Below, one piece after another: positions 12,572 through 26,900 of a stretch of 49,987 nucleotides of DNA. The notes beneath the pieces are model-generated. The model searched no databases. It worked only from the letters and a program-made list of their open reading frames with translations, and was not told where the DNA came from. The translations under genes were made by a program, and so were the position numbers. Each line of letters begins with the position of its first letter. Within the stretch, counting starts at the first letter, position 1. The stretch comes from Trichoplax sp. H2 (lineage: Eukaryota), in contig NOWV01000017.1 of NCBI GenBank assembly GCA_003344405.1, forward strand, positions 806,001 through 855,987, read 5' to 3'.

Positions 12572-15500
12572 TTACATTCTCCGAAATCCCTTGCTACGGT
12601 ATCCACTGGGATCTCGGTGATATTTATCACGGTTCTATAATTATAACGAATTTAATAAAATTTTAATAAATTACTGTGACCGATATCCGCCGTCGTAACT
12701 CAGAAATTCATTAATTTAATATAATATGCTACGTTATATGGTCATAATTATGAATATTTATTTTACAGTATACATACTTTAGACGAATTTTTCTGATCTT
12801 GGTATCTCTGAAAGGGGCTTTTCCCCTTCAAGAAAGAGGTAATCTTACTTTTATTCTTGATCTTTTTAATCTATGATCAAATAGAGGTCATTATAATGTA
12901 TGAATTTGATTCAAAAGTAATAGTTAAAGATAATAAAACCATTGGAAAAATTTTGCTCTACCTTTCCACGATCTATTTCTTCATCAAGAAAGTGACGTTT
13001 CCGTTTTAAATCTCCGGTTTTATATTTTTCAAGGTTACTCTCGTCTCCTTCCCAACTTTTAACTGTGATCACGTAAATATAAAAAACAAACATTGAAAAG
13101 CCTTAATAGCTACATAATAACTTGTAAGCAGTATTATTATACCGGAAATGCTGTAAGCATCACGAGACTTCCTATCAACACGGCCCTCTTCGCTTCTACC
13201 CTGAGATCCATCCCAATGAGATCGATTTGCTTTGTTATCGTCCCACATTTTTACAGGAGCTGCGTTGGGAGTGCGAGGTGCTGATTGGTCGTAAGTTCCC
13301 ATAGATAACTCATTCACAGAATTATGCGACGAATTCATCGTACTATTGTGACTATCAATTAATTTACGCGAAGATGAAGACTTTTCTTTCAATTTTTTAT
13401 GTTTCTTTGAATGTTTTTTATGGTGTTTCTTATGTGTCTTCTTTGAATGCGAACTTCTTCTATCATCATTACTTGACGTTCTTTCTTTTTTAGCTCTCAC
13501 CATTTCTTCTTCATCGCTACCATCACTAGAATGCCTATGATTACGTTTCTTTTTCTTTTTCTTTTCTTTCTTTTTCTTACTGCTTGTCAAATACTCTTCT
13601 TGAAATCTTTTCTTCGTCCGATCGTCATTATTATGCGGCGGTTCAGATGAGATTGACAAATCTACACATTGATCATCTTTTAAAGTAGTTTTATGATGCA
13701 ACATAGGCTCGTCACCTGCACCACCTGAATCGTTACATTCAGGCTGATTCTTTTCTATATCTTTTTCGCTGGATCCCACAGTTATTTTTGGCTTTTCTCC
13801 GTCTAGTGAATTACTTTTATTACTTTCTGGCACTTCTTTGCTAACTTCTTTGCTAAATTCTTCTTGCTCTCGACTTTTAAAATTCTTAGCATCCGATGTT
13901 ATTATACGCGGACTAAATGGCTTAAGTGATAATACCTGGCGAGGGACAAACCCTTGCTTGATTTTTTTCTGCTTTAAACTACCGATATTTGATGCTTTTT
14001 CTTTCTCATTTTGCATGTTTACATTGTGCCTTTTCGTTAATTTCACTATATTATCATGTTCTAACGTCTGAGGTTGGCTAGCTGGACTAGATATTTTTTT
14101 AGGAGAACAGCCTGGGGATTTAGAATCTGATGTAGAATTTGAATTCTGTTTAAGAACAATGTTCATCTTGGGTACGGTCTCTTTTGAGCTAACTGGTATA
14201 AAAGTAGATCGAGAGAAATAATTTCCACGATCTGCCGGTTTCTTTAAGTGCTTCATAGGACCTTTGAAAAGTCAACATCAATATTGATTAATCATACAGA
14301 ATTTTTTTTTAATTTTTATCTAATGATAAAATTTGATCATCTCCTTACTCGAGGAAAACGTTTGATTATGATTTGACTTCGATGACGAATTATTAAACAT
14401 TCCTTTTTCAGATTCGGAAGAAGATAACTAAAATTTTTATAATCAAATAGTTAGACAATAGTTGCATATAAATGCTTACAGCTAATATCAGAAATGATAG
14501 AATTATATAACACTAATAATAGTCTCAAAGTACCGTCGGTGAAGAAATGTAAAATAAAATATATGCTTCTTGTAGTAAAACAGCATTTATGTTGGATTTG
14601 GTAACCTAAATTTTGAAGTCAAGCAAAAGGATATAGCTAAAGTTGTCTACCTTTTTAGTTGCATACGCAGGTACTGCATATTTAAATTAAGTTAATACAA
14701 CAGTACTGTAATCTCAATCAATTAATCTTTAAAGCAATGTTAAACTTACGTGGGAGTCATTCATGCAATACCATTGGTTATTTGATGATTTTACATAGCA
14801 GTAGTAATGTCCGCTATTACAAGAACCACCAGAATGTACTAAAACACCATAAAGATTATATAGAAGAGGAGAACCTGTTTTACTTGTCATGTATGGGCGC
14901 AAATCGAGTGTTTCAGTGAACTTTATCTTTCTAGAATTTTTCCCTCCAAATAAACTAAATTTGTTGAATCTGAAACAAAGTTAAAAAGTTTCCTGCAACT
15001 ATTCTGAAAGTGCATCCAAGCATGAAATAGATTTATGACCAAAATTTTAAATTACCTTTTTATTGGTATAGTTAGTACCACCGGGGCTCTGTGAATCGTA
15101 AACTTTTTCATAGCTTTCACTTTGACTTTACATCTTATTAAAAATATATTCAAGCATACTAATTTTAATATATTGATACAGATATGAACAACATCAGCCA
15201 TAGCGTGAATAAATAACATCAACTAACAATATTTCCACTCCTTTCACAATCACCTACTTTGAACATGTATACATATCACGTCCAGATAAAATTTCCGGTT
15301 CTATAAACTTTCTTAACATTGCCGACAAAGTGTTAAGATCCTGAAATGTAGTAATACAGAACGTTATACAATATAAATACTTGGTTTTAAATCTATTTCA
15401 AGAACAAGGAATACAATACCGCTATATCTAGTGACAAATCCAACATTGGATCATATTTAATAGACTTGTATTTACATTGAGCGCATTGTACTAATGAAAT

Positions 15501-17137
15501 AATAAGCAATTCATTAGTTTCATAGATAAATGCATAAGATCCAGTAAGATAGATAACAATACTAATAATTAATTTATCCACTATCTAACTTCGAGAAGAT
15601 GTCAGCAATATCAGCGTAGAGCACTATTTAAAAAACTTCATTTTCTCTTACCTAAACTTCTCAGATATCCACCAAAGATTCGATAGATCATTGTAGTATC
15701 TTTAGAGTATTGATCCAGACTAATAGTAATTAAATACAAGATTAAACATAAAATAAGTATTGGTTCACTTTGCGATATTCATTATAATCTATTTGAACAA
15801 ATCACCAATATATGACGTAGTCTTGAAATTGTTAACTAACTTACAAAATAATGAATATATACTAAGTACAATTTGACATTAATCGCATCTACTATTAAAT
15901 CTATCGTAAGGTCTTATGGATAATAATAATTTATCACAGTATATTGTCCGTATGTAGAACCAATTGTTAAGTACAGATATAATTTAAACATGAGTACATC
16001 CATAATTATTTACAAGATCTAGATAAACAGCGCATTTCATTTACTGATGTGTATTAAATGTATAGAAATTTAATTTTATATAGCCAAGATCGAATCGATA
16101 TGAAAGTGTTTACAATTTACATAAAGTAATAAGATGTGAAGGAATGTATACTTATTAAACGAATAAACCTTACTTTTTCGGGTAAGCAGCTAAACAACTA
16201 CTTTGTATGCCATCAACAAGATATCTTAGGAATTCGTGTGCATCTTCTTGACGCCCAAACTGAATATGACTAGCAATATCTATTAAGATTCAATGATATC
16301 AAGTTATAGGTATTGAATTTAATGTAAATGATAGTATGGATGAATTCCAAAAGTTATTAAAAACAAAGAAGCATGTTTTATTGATTAGATAGTTCTAAAT
16401 TGAGGTTTATTATTTGAATAGTAAGATAATTTTTACTTTTTAGTTTATTAACAATCGGCCAAGGTTTAACCGACGAGCCATTGGACTTTAAACAGCGTAC
16501 CATCAGACTTTGTAATTCACATAGTACACAAAAGCCAATTTTTCTACCTATAAGGAAAGGCAAACATAGAACGATTAAGATTATAAGAATTAGATTATTG
16601 AACGTGAAGATTATTAAGATGATACAATAGAGTTAATGTCGTACCCTAAAATATACGTAAAATGTAGCTTATTAATAAGATTGTAACATAATATAATCAA
16701 ATAGTGCACTTACAGTCTTTTTTGTGTTGTTCAGCTAAGGCATAATTAGCTAAGGGTGGTGTATAACATAAACATTGCAGGACTGAATTTAAATAGCAAG
16801 TGTTACCAAGGTTAACAAGACCAGCACCAATAGGCTTTATCTTATTCCAAGTTAACTTGATATTACTATCAGGATAAATAATGACTTTTGGAGATGGTAT
16901 ACCATCGTGTTGACGCGAATTGTTATCGTCATTCTTTGATGGAGACGATTGTTCCTGTTCATTTGCAGACTTGCTCTTGCCACTATTTAATGGTACATAT
17001 TTCTTTTTCAACTCTGTATAACTTTTATCAGCAACCTTTTCGGCAATAAAATCGATATCTTGTAGTAAGACTTCTCTGGTCGATGATGCTAACTGACTGT
17101 CGTCAAAGGTTGAAGCCGTTATTCTTTGCTCTGGCAT
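12572..17137 (-). CDS. USP36: Ubiquitin carboxyl-terminal hydrolase 36/42 family (nucleolar deubiquitinase)
   Basis: First coding exon 17137-16714 has the Cys box [29 protein letters not shown]. Later exons give [26 protein letters not shown] and the His box [37 protein letters not shown] long Lys/Ser-rich exon (~14260-13143) carries basic tracts. The spliced C-terminal [13 protein letters not shown]...SPFQRYQ motif is typical of USP36. Last exon [23 protein letters not shown] ends at 12572. Confidence 0.93.
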
Positions 17138-17683
17138 GCTTTATTGAAGAATGTTGACAGACGACTAGTTATAAACGTAGTATCATGCAGGCTTAATTGG
17201 CTAAGGATGCAAAGGAATTAGTAAAAGATGAAATAGCACATGTATCTACTTTACTCTCTTGTTAAGATTGGATAAGCACGGATAAATGATTATAGACTTG
17301 ATTGCTTGCTAGATCAAGGTGGCAACGTTGTCATTCATTGACAATATCGCTGGGTACAATGATTGATTTCGATGTGGGTAAGATGGATACATAAATGATT
17401 TGAAAGATAGATCGAATGTAAGATAGTAATACAGTTTCATTAATAACAACTTGAATGATATTATTATTTATCTGGTGAGCCTTTCTTGATGATCGTAAAG
17501 TATTCAATTCATTAATATGATTATCTACCTATGCCTGCCTCTACTGTCATTTATTAAAATGGATTTATGGATCAATTTCATCGGACACTTACCGATTTCA
17601 AGATAGACCGTTAATTTTGCTTGCTTGATGCAACTTGGATGGATTAATCAAGTCATCAACGAGTAAAAGACATCCAATTACAA

Positions 17684-17741
17684 TATGAACAGCTAGAATC
17701 CAATGACGCTATGAACAGCTAGAATCCAATGACGATATGAA
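17684..17741. repeat. 26-bp tandem duplication upstream of USP36 ATG
   Basis: tatgaacagctagaatccaatgacg(c/a) twice, plus a partial third copy tatgaa. Confidence 0.85.
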
Positions 17742-18149
17742 AAATTTCTTTGGAAACAGCAACTACCTCTAATTGATGAGGTAATCCAAGCGCGCGAAAT
17801 CGGATTCACCCCTCATGACCAGGTGTTACCACCAATGTTCTATCTCGACTGTGCGAGTCTACGTAATCGTATTTAGTCTATTCTGTGATTTTCTATTGAT
17901 CGTATACTATCCAAATACGTAGAACCTTGATCCTGTTGGCGTAATCGAATAGGTTTGATCTGCAATCACCAGCTCTGTCCTCGCCAATTTAATGCAGCAG
18001 CGATGTCTGCCTATAGGCTCTGCAGGTAATCGGCAGCAATCGTCCTTGAGATTCTTACTATTTCAACATGAGTACCTATGATGTATACTACCCGGTACAC
18101 CAATTTACGCGATATGCCACACTATAGTAGTAGAAAATACTTTCGATAC

Positions 18150-18577
18150 AGTAGTGTATTCTCTCACAGCATGGCCGTCGCCATGATGTCAATCGACGAG
18201 CAAGGGGCGTCACCTATTACACGTGTGGCGGCATAGTGATTGACTGCAAACTGTGAAAGTGATGTCACCCATGTCAACACCACTACAGTAATACAGTACT
18301 ATGACAAAATGACGTCAACAAAGACGATTGCATACACACGTGTTACAACCGTACATTGGTATCGACTCATCTCCACGGGTGACATCCTTTTTGCTACAGT
18401 ACACCCTAGCCCTTGCCCTAACCCTAAGCCTAACTTGAACCCTAGCAGTACAGTACTGTACTACGCATGTACAGTACAGTACAGTGTATTGTATCCTACT
18501 GATTCATGGTCCAGTACTGTACAGTTCTGTAAACCTGCAACGCTGTACTGTAGCGATCTCCAAGTGGAAGAAAAACA
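18150..18577. promoter_or_regulatory. Bidirectional promoter region between USP36 and MED11
   Basis: Head-to-head gene geometry, locally higher GC/CpG, tactgtac/acagtac cluster at 18280-18550, YY1-like ATGGCG at the MED11 start and CGCCAT near 18180. Confidence 0.6.
18404..18445 (+). repeat. Degenerate telomere-like (CCCTAA) hexamer array, 7 units
   Basis: CCCTAG CCCTTG CCCTAA CCCTAA GCCTAA CTTGAA CCCTAG. Confidence 0.75.
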
Positions 18578-19875
18578 ATGGCGACTGCTACTGTCGAAAG
18601 CAGAATCGATGAATTAGATAAAACGAGAAAGGTTAGGCGATAAATCTATTTACCAAATTGCTCACATAATATTCATAAGCATGAACTAAGACTCAACAGT
18701 AAATAATACTTATCAAAATAATGAACATGATGGGATGATCAATTTATGACGAGATTGAAAAAATTCTGCAATTAAGATGAGCTAAGGAATATCCATAGTA
18801 ACTCAGCAGGCCATCCTAAGTTATAACCATGATCAAGAATAAATGATCATCGTCTACTGCAACTTGGATTGCCTTTTCATGGGCATTATGGTAGCTCATA
18901 AACTGATAATACTGTCACAATTTAGATTCATTTAACGCCATGTGCTATTGTTCTATTTTTAATAGCTTCAGTGGCAGAGCTATCCAATGAGTGTACTGGA
19001 CGAGTATTCCTATTTCTATTCACAGTTATAGGGGAATGCTCATACAGCTAGTAAAATGGACCTCCAAATACTCTACATTGCATAGTTTATAAGACCATTT
19101 CATACGTAGATAGGCTATTTCATAAAATAGATAGCATCATATTAATATCATACTGATAGAGCTAATATGAATTCAACCAGCTAAAATAGCTTTATATCAT
19201 TTTCAAATTAATTCATTCTTAAATATTCGCATTACAGAAAGTACTCAATGTCGTCGAAATTGCTGATCAAATCTTGAAAGAACTATCAAACGATCATCCG
19301 TCCACCCAATCTGTTAAAAGTTCTACAACTACATTTGCGTCCCTACTGGAAAGCATCGAGCGTGAACTAACCCAACATATTAATCATTTGCTCTCAGTAA
19401 CGAAGGAACAACAACAAGAACAAGTAACTTATACTCAGGAAAAGGTAACGATGTAGAAATAATATACCACCGTATACACGCGTATTGCCTGTCGTAGATT
19501 TTACGTTATTATATTTTGCTCGTGGTTACTGTACATCGGTATCTCTGAAATTATTCAGCTTATTATAACATTTATCTATACTTGCCTATATCAATTTAAT
19601 AGTACTCTAGTCGCTAAACAGTAATCCGACTGCGTAGAAGAAGTAAATGAATGTATTTCGCTGTAGGGTAGTTGAACGTCTGTATTTTGAAGCAGCATAA
19701 TCGAAGATAAAATTCGAAACTGTTACTAAAGAATCAAATTTTTATACAGGATTGTGAATTGGCATTAATGAGAGTAAGTCAAATAAAAAAAATGGTTGAA
19801 AAGGCTATTGAATTGCACCGGTCTCCAGTTGCAAGTACCCAACACGGTGATATTGAACCTATGGACGAATCTTAA
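18578..19875 (+). CDS. MED11: Mediator of RNA polymerase II transcription subunit 11
   Basis: Three phase-0 GT-AG exons (18578-18631, 19238-19444, 19750-19875) give 128 aa: MATATVESRIDELDKTRKKVLNVVEIADQILKELSNDHPS...FASLLESIERELTQHINHLLSVTKEQQQEQVTYTQEKDCELALMRVSQI..., matching MED11 motifs as recalled (ELSAQIRYLTQV, RKDCQMALKRV). Confidence 0.88.
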
Positions 19876-20970
19876 ATATTCCATTCCAAACGACGAAATA
19901 GCCTTTTCTACGGAATACGAGATAGCGGGTCTTATCTATCCTAAAGCTTGTACTTAATTTTTAATATATGATTTAACTTATATAAGAAATAGTCGATCAA
20001 AGCAATGTTATGATCCTCTTACTATTCGCTATCTTGCTTTAAGTAATATTGTACTTTTTCGAATTTCGAAGCAGTGTAAAAGCTCGATGTAAAATTTAGC
20101 AGCTGACGCTACCAACTGGATGTTGTTTCCGATACCCTACTAACTTTGCTGGTGCTTCATTAATGAAGTATGGATAATAATTGTAATATATTTTATCAGA
20201 AGAAATTCGCATTAACAGCAACAAAGATTAGAATTCGGTCGTATAGATGGATTTGTTTTTAATGTTTTTTTTCCTTAACATTTAATTGCATTGTCCTTCA
20301 TAGCTATCATCTATAAAGCTAATGTTATTTTAGCGTTTTCGGTAAAAATATCTAGCTTGATAACTTTCTATCGCATCATGATACTAAATGTATTGTATGA
20401 ATGCCTACGCGAAAGTCTGCGCTTACGTAGTTTACAGATAGTGCTTAAAAGCACATCATTTTCTATTGTACAACTAATACTCTAGACACTGTCCTTTCAC
20501 ATAGAATCTTAAAATACTTTGAAAATACGTAACTGTTTACCAAATCTGGCTGAAATGATCCCTTATTTTGGTATGCATTGTAAATAAATGTAAAGATAAT
20601 TTATATGGCGATTCCTTCACATTGCCAGCGTCGCACACTTAGCCTGTAACATATGCAATATTTGTTACATCATCACTGAAGCATTATGATACGGCCAGCG
20701 CTAATTTAGACATACTGAACACAATAATAAATTTGCTGTTCCAATCGAAAACATAAAACAATCTTGTACTAAATTTGTCTTCAAATTGATTATTCTAAGT
20801 ATCTAATACCAAAATACAAGAAGGAATACTGATTCCTTATCATAATCAAGGTAGCTTTCTTTCTTGATTGAACGATTTAGCATAGAGCTGCCCTAATAAT
20901 TTAATTAGGGAATAAAATTCTGTTAACTACTATATCGAAAGAATTACAAAAAAACGATTTTTTTTCAATC

Positions 20971-23900
20971 TTAATGCGGAGAACTAGGCGGAGAGTTTGC
21001 ATTATTCTGTGAAACCATATTGCCAACAATTGGAATCATTTTTTCCCATGCAGCCAATTTCTAGTAAGGAAGGAATATTTTTAACCTTTTCAATCACTGA
21101 TAATCCTACAAGGCTAAATCAACATTGTTAATACCTCTTTATGATTCTTAATTTGTTGACTGATAAGTTCCTGAAATGATAGTGCAAATAGCTCCATATT
21201 GGCATGGACAAGCTGAGTTTCCATATGGACACAGTGAAGTGAATAGTAATTTCGAAATTCCATATTTGAAATTTCACTTTCTTGCTGTTAATGTGATAAA
21301 AAGGTAAATAACTGCTATAATTTAATTAATCAATGCACAATTGATGTGCTATTTGATACAAATAAGTGTATACCTCGATAATACGCGATTCTAATTGATC
21401 TACGGTATTTCCCTGTTTCATATGAAGTAGAAGACCAACAGATTAGAAACATTATAGACTCTCCTTTGTACACTTTCGAATTATTACTAATGTAGCTGAA
21501 AAGTATATAATAATCATCCCTTACAGCTTCGTGTCCCTTAGCTTGAGCTGAAATTTGCCTTTTTTTCATTGAAGACATCTTCTGTAAAGCAGATTGATGA
21601 TCTTTTATTACACCTTTCTCATGGCGATCACATAGATCCTATAAAATTGATTAACAACAACAATGTTAACAAAAGATATAACAACGAAATTACTTCTACT
21701 GAACTATACTAATGGCATACTTTATATGAAGTTAAAATGTCCATAAACTGGTTAAAGATTTCGAATGATCCGTCTTCAGCCCCTTGAATCTTTAGTTAAG
21801 AATTATATTAGCGTTTTGGAACAAACTCGTGATGAGTTGAAGCATATATAGAATATAAACGGGCATAACATTTGTGTTTATGTCCAATGAAAGAAATAAT
21901 TATCACTTCATAGGTAAGGAATTACTATGTTATTTCTCACTTGATTTATTCCTATATCCGCTACTTCGTTAAAGTAGCCTGTTAAAGATTTGAAGACGCC
22001 TTTTAATTGATTCCAAGTGTGGCTATTACCACAAGCCCAAGCAGAGCTGGCGTGAGACTCGTTAGCTAAATTGCTGAAATAAAAGCATATCAATTACTTA
22101 ATGTATTATCATAATTACAAAATTAACAGATATGTTCAATAGAAATAATCTACAATAATTGTGGATTGGACGGGCATACGTCATACCTCAATTCGCTACC
22201 GAATTGCTGCCAATCTCGAGCATCCACTACAAGCGGAAGAATACGTGTATAATTCATGGTTAATACTTGGATTTAACACAATATTCTTATAAAGGATAAT
22301 ATTCAAACATTAAATTCAAGTAACAAAAATTATTCCTCTACAAGAATTCAATCACTACTAATAAAGTAGGCCTATAAATCTACAGTCAAGTCATGATATC
22401 GCAATGATCTACCAGCAACTATGTTATAACAATTTTTAAATCACCTCCTGATCTTGTTATGATGTTTTCTATTATTTCTCTTAACTTTGATACACTACCA
22501 AGGACATTACGAAGTAGTTCCTTACTTTCATTGAAACTAACTTGCGTATCTATTGGAACGAGATCCTAGACAGACAATCAAAATTAGTTCAAGTTTAATA
22601 GCAATACAGAAGTTGGTGAAAACATTGTAAATGCAAACCTTTGCTTTGCCGGCAAGAGGGCTTGTAACAAATTCATCCGGTAAATTTCGAAATTTATCCT
22701 TCATTTTATTTTGAAAATCCTTCAATTTACGAACAATTAAGAAAGTAGAGCCGTGTCAGACAAATTTTATCTTTTATATAGAGTTCAAAAGGAGCAATAC
22801 AATAAGAAAATGTCATGATATAATTAGTTAATTATCGTAGACTTCTACTTACAGAAACGCCAGCCGTTAAAAAGTAGACTACAATTTCTGAGTCATGTAC
22901 CACAGGGTGTCGACAAATCAATGATAAATATCGACGTAATGCGCGACAACGTGCTTCCAGAAACTCTCGTGTAGCTAGCAGATGAAATATTACACAATTA
23001 TAGAGATATATACAACAGAGAGTAAAAAGAAAGGTGGAATTTAGACATTAATATCTCTATAATACTCTACCAGCTAATTTCTTAGGTGGCAGGCGTGGAA
23101 TTGCTCGATAAGGGAACCTCTGTAGCAAAACTTCATGTAGCGCACAGAAATCGCTGTAACGTCGGCAAACCGTCGATTTTGTTCTCTAATCAAAGTAAGG
23201 ATATTCGTTAGGATTACAATAATAATAATTACATTTGCCCTGCATTTCAAAGAATATTCGAATACAAGCGGTAACTAGATAATGAACGATAAGAGTTATA
23301 TCGGTTAGCACTACAACAATTATAACAGCTTGATGGCAAACAGTGCCTGTAATATCCGTTTTTGTAGCATACAGTAATCTAGTTCCACGAAATAATCAAC
23401 AGAATCATTGAAATCATATCTTAACAGAGCAATATCTTGTGACTCATCTTATTGTCTTCTTACGAAATTTTCGATCGAACGATACAAACCTCATTGTATA
23501 CTGTGTATTCCACATGCTTCAGAAACAATCCTTTCTTTTCAGGAACTATTTCTACATTAACACTATTCAAATCTTCTAATTCTCTGTATGTGTAGTTTAA
23601 TAAGGTAGGAGTCTTTTCCCTTTGCAAACGTAGATTTAAAAGCTTCAAGTCTGATAAATCACCAAGGGAAGGTGTGGGATAATCTGTTGAAATAACACTT
23701 GATTAAACGCTAAGATTATATTACAGTCCAATAAATCAAAGTATTAATCTCTAAAAATGTAAAATTCTACTTCATTTTTCAATAACACTTTTTATTCGCT
23801 CGAGCATATTTTAAGTACTGCCTAAAATTTCAATTTTGTTTAATATTGTGATAAGGCTGTTCTTTTTAGGGTGTACTAAGAAAGTAAGAATTTAATATAG

Positions 23901-26900
23901 TATAATACCCAATAGAGCTTGTTAGCTTGTAGAAATGGTGTTTTTATAATTTAATTATTCAGCAAGATTTATCTTGCTATCGGCAATCATGTAACGCATA
24001 TTAGGACAATATACATTATACTGTATAGCAAGACATAGCTTGATATTGTCAGCGATGCAATGTCTACTAGGACAATATACATTTTACAGCAAGACTTCTC
24101 TCGATATCGTCAGCCATGTAATACATATTAGGACAATATGCATCATATAGCCAGACTTATCTTGATATCATTAGCCTTGCAACGTATACCAGAACAGCAT
24201 ACAATACGTAGCAAGATTTATTTTGACATAGTCAGTCATGCGACGCATATTAGGACAATGTGTGTATATAGTAGTATTTATTACTGAGACGATTGCAGCC
24301 TGGCCTATCTATTGCCTTGTTGTATTTTTGCTTTATCATCTATATTCGTTGGTGTTAACAGGCGCAAGGGCAATAAGGTGTTAAAAGCCGATTCACTCAT
24401 ACTTCTCCATTTGTAATACTCACCAGCTGAATCGATGGCGTCTAGAGCTTCTAAATTATACGTCTTCCCTTGTTGCGCCAAAGCAGCCAAGGCTAATGCC
24501 TTATACAATTTTTCACGACTAATATCATCGTCTTTCCTTACGCCCAAACATTCATAAATCTAAGAGTACATATATATAATGGATACCGATATTAAAATTT
24601 ACTGTTAATACCATCGATCCTGATAATTTATAGAATCAACATTTAAAAGTCGATTTTGGGATTAGCAATTCATCATCAATAGTAATTAAAACAGTCCATC
24701 TTAAAATGTGATTAAATCGATCAAAAAATGTAATAAGGAGCTTCGTCCATAGTACGCGTATAGTATTTTAATAACGTCCGTTCAACATTAAATCAACAGA
24801 TATTGATTCAAGTCCATGTATTGTAAAAGTACTCTACCTCAATCAGGACTGAAAATAATGATTCATTGCTATAGTAATTTTGTTATAATTTATCTTACTG
24901 ACGATTTGCAGCTTTGTTGTTGTAATAATTTAATTTAGTATTTACATTGCTATAGTAATTTTGCTATCCTCTACAAAACTCCTGATAATATGTTATACGC
25001 ATACACTATACAGTAAACGATACGTCTATACAGTATGTTATATATAGGTTATATACTCATAGTATTACAATAGTGTCCAGTACCGTAATATTATTACGTA
25101 ATCACTTTTCGGTATTCAAGGTTTACTATACTGTACGAGTATATAGTACATAGATACAGTGTATAGTATAGTGTACATGTGCTATACTGTACTGTGTATA
25201 ACTCGTACATCATACCGTGTACATTAGGTCAATTAACGCTGGAAAGGAATCAACCATTTTTTTCAATTTCATTTTAATTTTATATCCGCATTAGTTATTA
25301 AATGACTCTAGTTCCTAAATACTGCATTCATGAGTCATTTAGAGATATTAAGGTTCACTAATGACTAGCGTAATCTACTGTAATCTAATTACTGTAACAT
25401 TACATTTTGTGCATGCTCAGTCAGTTGATTGCGGATTCTAAAAACTTCCCAATTCCTTCCTATTTTACAGTTAATAATTACTAACTCGTGGACAAACGTA
25501 AAGTAAGAGAGTCTAAGTAGGGATTTAAGTGTTAACTACATTGCAGATATATAAGACTAACAATACAGAAAGATACCATCATACATGCAGAAAATAGCCT
25601 CTTTGTTACTTTATAGAAGAACGTTCAACACCCAAATTTTATCGTATTGATGTTGGCACTTGTCATTCAGCCTCTAGTGTAAATACTGTATATCATATTT
25701 TATCCCAACAGGGATACTATCTTACCTACGCTATCGTAGTGGTATAATAATTAGAATCGTTGATTATCATAAATGTCTGTGTATAATCACCAAGTTCAAC
25801 CTGATCTGCAACACTCTTTGTACTGTGCAACACTTGTCAGTATAAGTATATGCTGTCGTAGACAATTTACAATAAAAAAGCATGACATCCAAATGATGAT
25901 AGAGTTTGTAACCCATTTCAATAAGCTTATTTAAAGCCCTAAGAATAATTAAATTGGGAATTTTAAAATCATATACTGTGTTATTAATTATTTCCCATCT
26001 AGCACAACGCCCTAAATGCAGTACTAATCTTGTCAATGATGTATATCATTGACAAGCTTTAAAAGTGTTGCTTTTACCATTATTTAAAAAAACGTCATCA
26101 TTCGCTATTTAACCTATTGATGCAATATTATACAGCCATTAGCTCTAGCCAAGTCATAAAGAGCTGGTTGATTTTTCACTACTGTACGTATGATTGCGGT
26201 AAATATTAGCATTGATATCTTTACTCTGTCATTAGAGATTTTTATGAACAGAATCAAAGTTAACCAACCCTATATAGCGCAGTGGTCTGATAGCCTAGGT
26301 GTTACATTCTCTAAATTTAGAAACAACAATACTATAATCGCAATTTCCCTTGATAAGATTACCTTCGACAGCCACAGTCAAGCTAGACATGCGATAACAA
26401 GACCATAAAAATAATAATAACGTTTGTGATCGCTTACCTACAGGGACTTTTCGATTTTTTTATCCAGGGTAAAAAAACCGACAAGTCGCTGTCACCTATA
26501 ATGCAAAGCATCACTCAACTAATTATTTTATTGATGGATATGAAAATTAACCATTACTAGGCGATCATGTTGATATATGGCACCTAAAGTACATTTATGC
26601 GTGCGTCTGAGCTACACCCTCTAATGAACTAATTAATTATTCTGACTACAACCGTAAATGATTTAAAACAGTTGTAGTATCTGTTTCCGTGTGCAATACG
26701 CACGAATAGCAAGCGCTGTGAAGGAGGAATTACTTCCATCATTTCTACAACCGTCGTATTTAAAGTATCGTTCATCAAAACGCGCAAGTTATATCGGCCT
26801 GATAAAATTAATAACTGTATCAAATCTGTACATCGTAAAGCTTGCGAAAGGCATAAACACAATTGATAGAGGGTAAAATAGTTGAAGAGCTAACTTTAGG

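Noticed and set aside
7815..14071. Plus-strand ORFs antisense to WDR90 and USP36 exons
   Set aside because: Shadow frames of real minus-strand coding exons.
18240..18617. 125-aa plus-strand ORF
   Set aside because: By-product of tactgtac and CCCTAA repeats (TVLY, PNPKPN); MED11 uses another frame.
23185..23210. Minus-strand ATATCCTT resembling a U12 intron donor
   Set aside because: Sits just before an acceptor inside an ordinary GT-AG intron, not at an exon end.
23958..24262. Repeat array superficially like CRISPR
   Set aside because: Eukaryotic intron, whole units are homologous, no unique spacers and no cas genes. The same applies to 39340-41600.
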